Below are positions 59,877 to 62,090 of a stretch of DNA of 62,090 bases, piece after piece. Position 1 is the stretch's first letter, and every line of letters starts with the position of its first letter. The stretch is taken from assembly GCA_012522445.1 (NCBI GenBank), contig JAAYKL010000028.1, positions 1-62,090 on the forward strand, in the 5' to 3' direction. The position numbers and the translations under genes were made by a program. The notes under the pieces were generated by a model that made no database searches, had not been told where the DNA came from, and saw nothing but the letters and a program-made list of their open reading frames with translations. This stretch comes from Myxococcales bacterium (GTDB lineage Bacteria > Myxococcota_A > Polyangia > JAAYKL01).

Positions 59877-61793
59877 TTATTGCAATGTGATGGTTTTCCA
59901 GCCTTGGGTCCAAGCATCGACGTTGATATTGCCGTGATTGCTGTGCGCGTTCAAACCACCGGTGGTGGGCGTCGCATCGCCTTTTAAAAACTTTTTAATC
60001 ATGGCGCGCAAGGGCTCCGCATACTCGGTCCGCGTTACGCAATGGCTGCCATTGCTGGTGTTGCCCGCGTACCAGAGGGCATCGCCGCGCCCCATGGCCA
60101 CGTACACTTTGCGCGCCGCAGCCATGCCCAGGTAATTTGCCTTGTACGACAACCAATCAACGTGAGCGTTGTCCATCAGCAACAACCCGCGCGGCGCATA
60201 CAGAACAGCCACGTCGTTCATGTCCACCGCCACGGTGTTTTCGTCGAATTGCGAAGACACTTGGGCGAACCAACTCGCCTCGCCATTGGCATTGCTGAGG
60301 GGTTGACCCTCCACGTCCAAGGTGAGCAACGCTCGCAGGGGCGCTGGTCCGCCGGTTCCGGGCTCAAAGGGCAGCCCCAGGGCGATGCGCTCGTCAAAGG
60401 CGCCGGCGACAAACGCGCCCTTGCCAAAGCGAGAACAACCGTGCACGGCAATTTTGGTGGGATCGATGATGTTGGGGTTGCGCTCGAGCATGTCAATGAT
60501 GCGGCTGACGCCCCAGGCCCACGCCATCAAGGCGCCGGTTTTGTTTCGGTAGCTCGGGTTCACGGTGTAGTACTTGCCCGTGGTGAAGTCTCTCGCAGCC
60601 TCAGAAGCGATGTCGTACGGATTGTAGCTGATGGTCGCGATGCCTTCGCTAGAGAGCACCTCGGCATTTAGGCTGGCAGAAGCGCTCAGCATAATAATGG
60701 CCGGATAGGGCGCGCTGCCGGTCCTCGGCAAGCTCACACTGCCCGAAAAGGACGTGGTGGCGCCCTCGTTGGTCACCGTGACCTCGTAGGTGGAGTTCGT
60801 GATGCTACCCGTCACGCTTTCGGGCGGCGGCGCCTTGGGACCCAAAATTTTGTTTTCCAGCTCAGTGAGGATCTCGCGGCGGCGACAGCGCCATCCCTCC
60901 TTGGTGGTGATGGCATCACCGCTCCACGCGGTAAAGGGATCGGGCAAGACGCTGCTCGTCCCACCATTGGCGTTGCGCGGACTGCCCACGACGCAATCCA
61001 TGCCGGAGTCCTCGTCGGTGGCGGTGCCGGGCTCTGGCGGCTCGGGCGGCGCAGGCGCCACAAACTTACCACCGGTGCGGCTCCAGATATCGAAACCGCA
61101 AATGGTGGCGTTGTCGGCGACGCTCTCCAGGTCGATGGTCAGGCGGCCGTCGCTCACCGCGATGTCGCTCAGCGACACCGTGTACGCGGTAAAGGCCCCG
61201 ACATCGGCGAACAGGTCTTTGTTGTACAGCAGGCTCTCGCCCTCCACATCGACGTGAAACAAGCGGGCGTTGGCCGCGCTTTGGTAGAGCTCGGCGAAAT
61301 GCAGGTTCACGTCGTAGGTGGCGTCGGTGACGGGAATTTCGTAGCGAAAGGTGCCGTAGCGCTCGCTTTGAAACAAGTCCTGGTGAAACGCGCCGCTGAT
61401 GTTGGTCGCCACCGTGTGGGGCGTACCGCCGTCAAAAAAAGCGTCGGCGTGGTAGGTGATGCCATCCGCGACCACTTCGCTGCCGCCGGCGTTTAAGGCG
61501 TACACCAATTGGGGGCTGCCGTCGGGAACACTGGAGTCGCTGTCCACCGGGTCGCTACCGTGCGGGTCGCTGCCAAGCGGATCGCTCCCAAGCGGATCGC
61601 TCCCATGCGGTCCGTTGCCCTGGGAGTCGCTGCCCACACCATCGCTGCCATGCGGCGCATTGTTATTGGTGTGGTTCGGATCTGTGTTCGAAGGGTCGGC
61701 GCCCTCGAGTGCCGCATCGACAGACACATCACAAGCCAAGGCACCACACAACCACGCAGCGGCCAGCACCCCAATCCAACACTTGATTCTCAT
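59877..61793 (-). CDS. Malectin-like carbohydrate-binding domain fused to a CE15 glucuronoyl esterase, lipoprotein
   Basis: Lipobox GALACD. N-terminal domain LVYALNAGGSEVVADGITYHADAFF. CE15 catalytic motif GCSRFGKGA. RBS AGGAGG 7 nt upstream. Confidence 0.75.
   Translation of the reverse strand: MRIKCWIGVLAAAWLCGALACDVSVDAALEGADPSNTDPNHTNNNAPHGSDGVGSDSQGNGPHGSDPLGSDPLGSDPHGSDPVDSDSSVPDGSPQLVYALNAGGSEVVADGITYHADAFFDGGTPHTVATNISGAFHQDLFQSERYGTFRYEIPVTDATYDVNLHFAELYQSAANARLFHVDVEGESLLYNKDLFADVGAFTAYTVSLSDIAVSDGRLTIDLESVADNATICGFDIWSRTGGKFVAPAPPEPPEPGTATDEDSGMDCVVGSPRNANGGTSSVLPDPFTAWSGDAITTKEGWRCRRREILTELENKILGPKAPPPESVTGSITNSTYEVTVTNEGATTSFSGSVSLPRTGSAPYPAIIMLSASASLNAEVLSSEGIATISYNPYDIASEAARDFTTGKYYTVNPSYRNKTGALMAWAWGVSRIIDMLERNPNIIDPTKIAVHGCSRFGKGAFVAGAFDERIALGLPFEPGTGGPAPLRALLTLDVEGQPLSNANGEASWFAQVSSQFDENTVAVDMNDVAVLYAPRGLLLMDNAHVDWLSYKANYLGMAAARKVYVAMGRGDALWYAGNTSNGSHCVTRTEYAEPLRAMIKKFLKGDATPTTGGLNAHSNHGNINVDAWTQGWKTITLQ
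61540..61650 (-). repeat. Codon repeats (gggtcgct.ccg.gcgg) encoding (GSDPxGSD)n linker
   Basis: gggtcgctaccgtgcgggtcgctgccaagcggatcgctcccaagcggatcgctcccatgcgg. Confidence 0.6.
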
Positions 61794-62090
61794 GAGTCTT
61801 CCTCCTGCCAAATCGGCGTTGAAACATACAGAGTCATTTGCCAACGACATCCAGCGCACCAGCGCGCGTTGGGCCAATCCCCACATCGCGCATCACAAAT
61901 ATTTCGAGCAATAGCGTACAGATGAGAAAATCGTACGCGGAACCGCGCACAAAAAAGCGCCAAAAATAATCACTTCCATGAGAAGGCACCTCAGGGGCAA
62001 CTGAAAACGGCGGTTCATTTTGTTTGCCGTTCACGGCATTTTTTGTTCTTCGCGGTTATGTTGTCATCGTCCTTATGCTCCTGCGGCACC

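Overview
High-GC (about 63%) chromosomal window from a Gram-negative bacterium. A TSP3-repeat protein with a MYXO-CTERM-like tail, inositol-1-phosphate synthase and many lipoproteins with low-complexity linkers suggest Myxococcota or a related deltaproteobacterial lineage. This taxonomic guess is low confidence. Gene density is high and no transposase, integrase, phage gene or CRISPR array was found. The main content, in order, is:
- a tandem family of Cys-rich or repeat-rich exported lipoproteins with a shared leader element (1-2438)
- a Bacillus/Bacteroides-type sdhCAB succinate:quinone oxidoreductase operon
- seven tRNAs: Ala, Lys, Arg, His, Gln, Leu, plus Gln with U1:A72
- a polyprenyl diphosphate synthase, a TolC-like channel and MlaC
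- a two-component system with an intramembrane-type kinase, flanked by a Ca-binding TSP3 protein and a Cys-rich lipoprotein
- a pnp-cdd-lipoprotein-OMP operon, then dnaG-rpoD and ino1
- prs-rplY(ctc)-pth translationally coupled to a K+-type H+-pyrophosphatase
- a four-subunit 2-oxoacid:ferredoxin oxidoreductase (delta-alpha-beta-gamma order)
- a DUF47/PhoU-like gene with pitA
- a NfeD/flotillin pair divergent from an orphan B12-binding radical-SAM gene
- a TonB-C-like protein with dsbD
- a REC / degenerate-GGDEF / REC protein
- a coupled ygiQ-tadA-eptA-like trio
- an 11-kb island (50.7-61.9 kb) of six lipoprotein-anchored polysaccharide-degrading enzymes (FGE-fold protein, GH51-like, PL11, GH10, GH26, CE15-malectin) with no transporter or regulator
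Many six-frame ORFs in the track are antisense or alternate-frame artefacts of the GC-rich sequence, or N-terminal read-through extensions. Starts were re-placed using RBS, coupling overlaps and family-typical N-termini.
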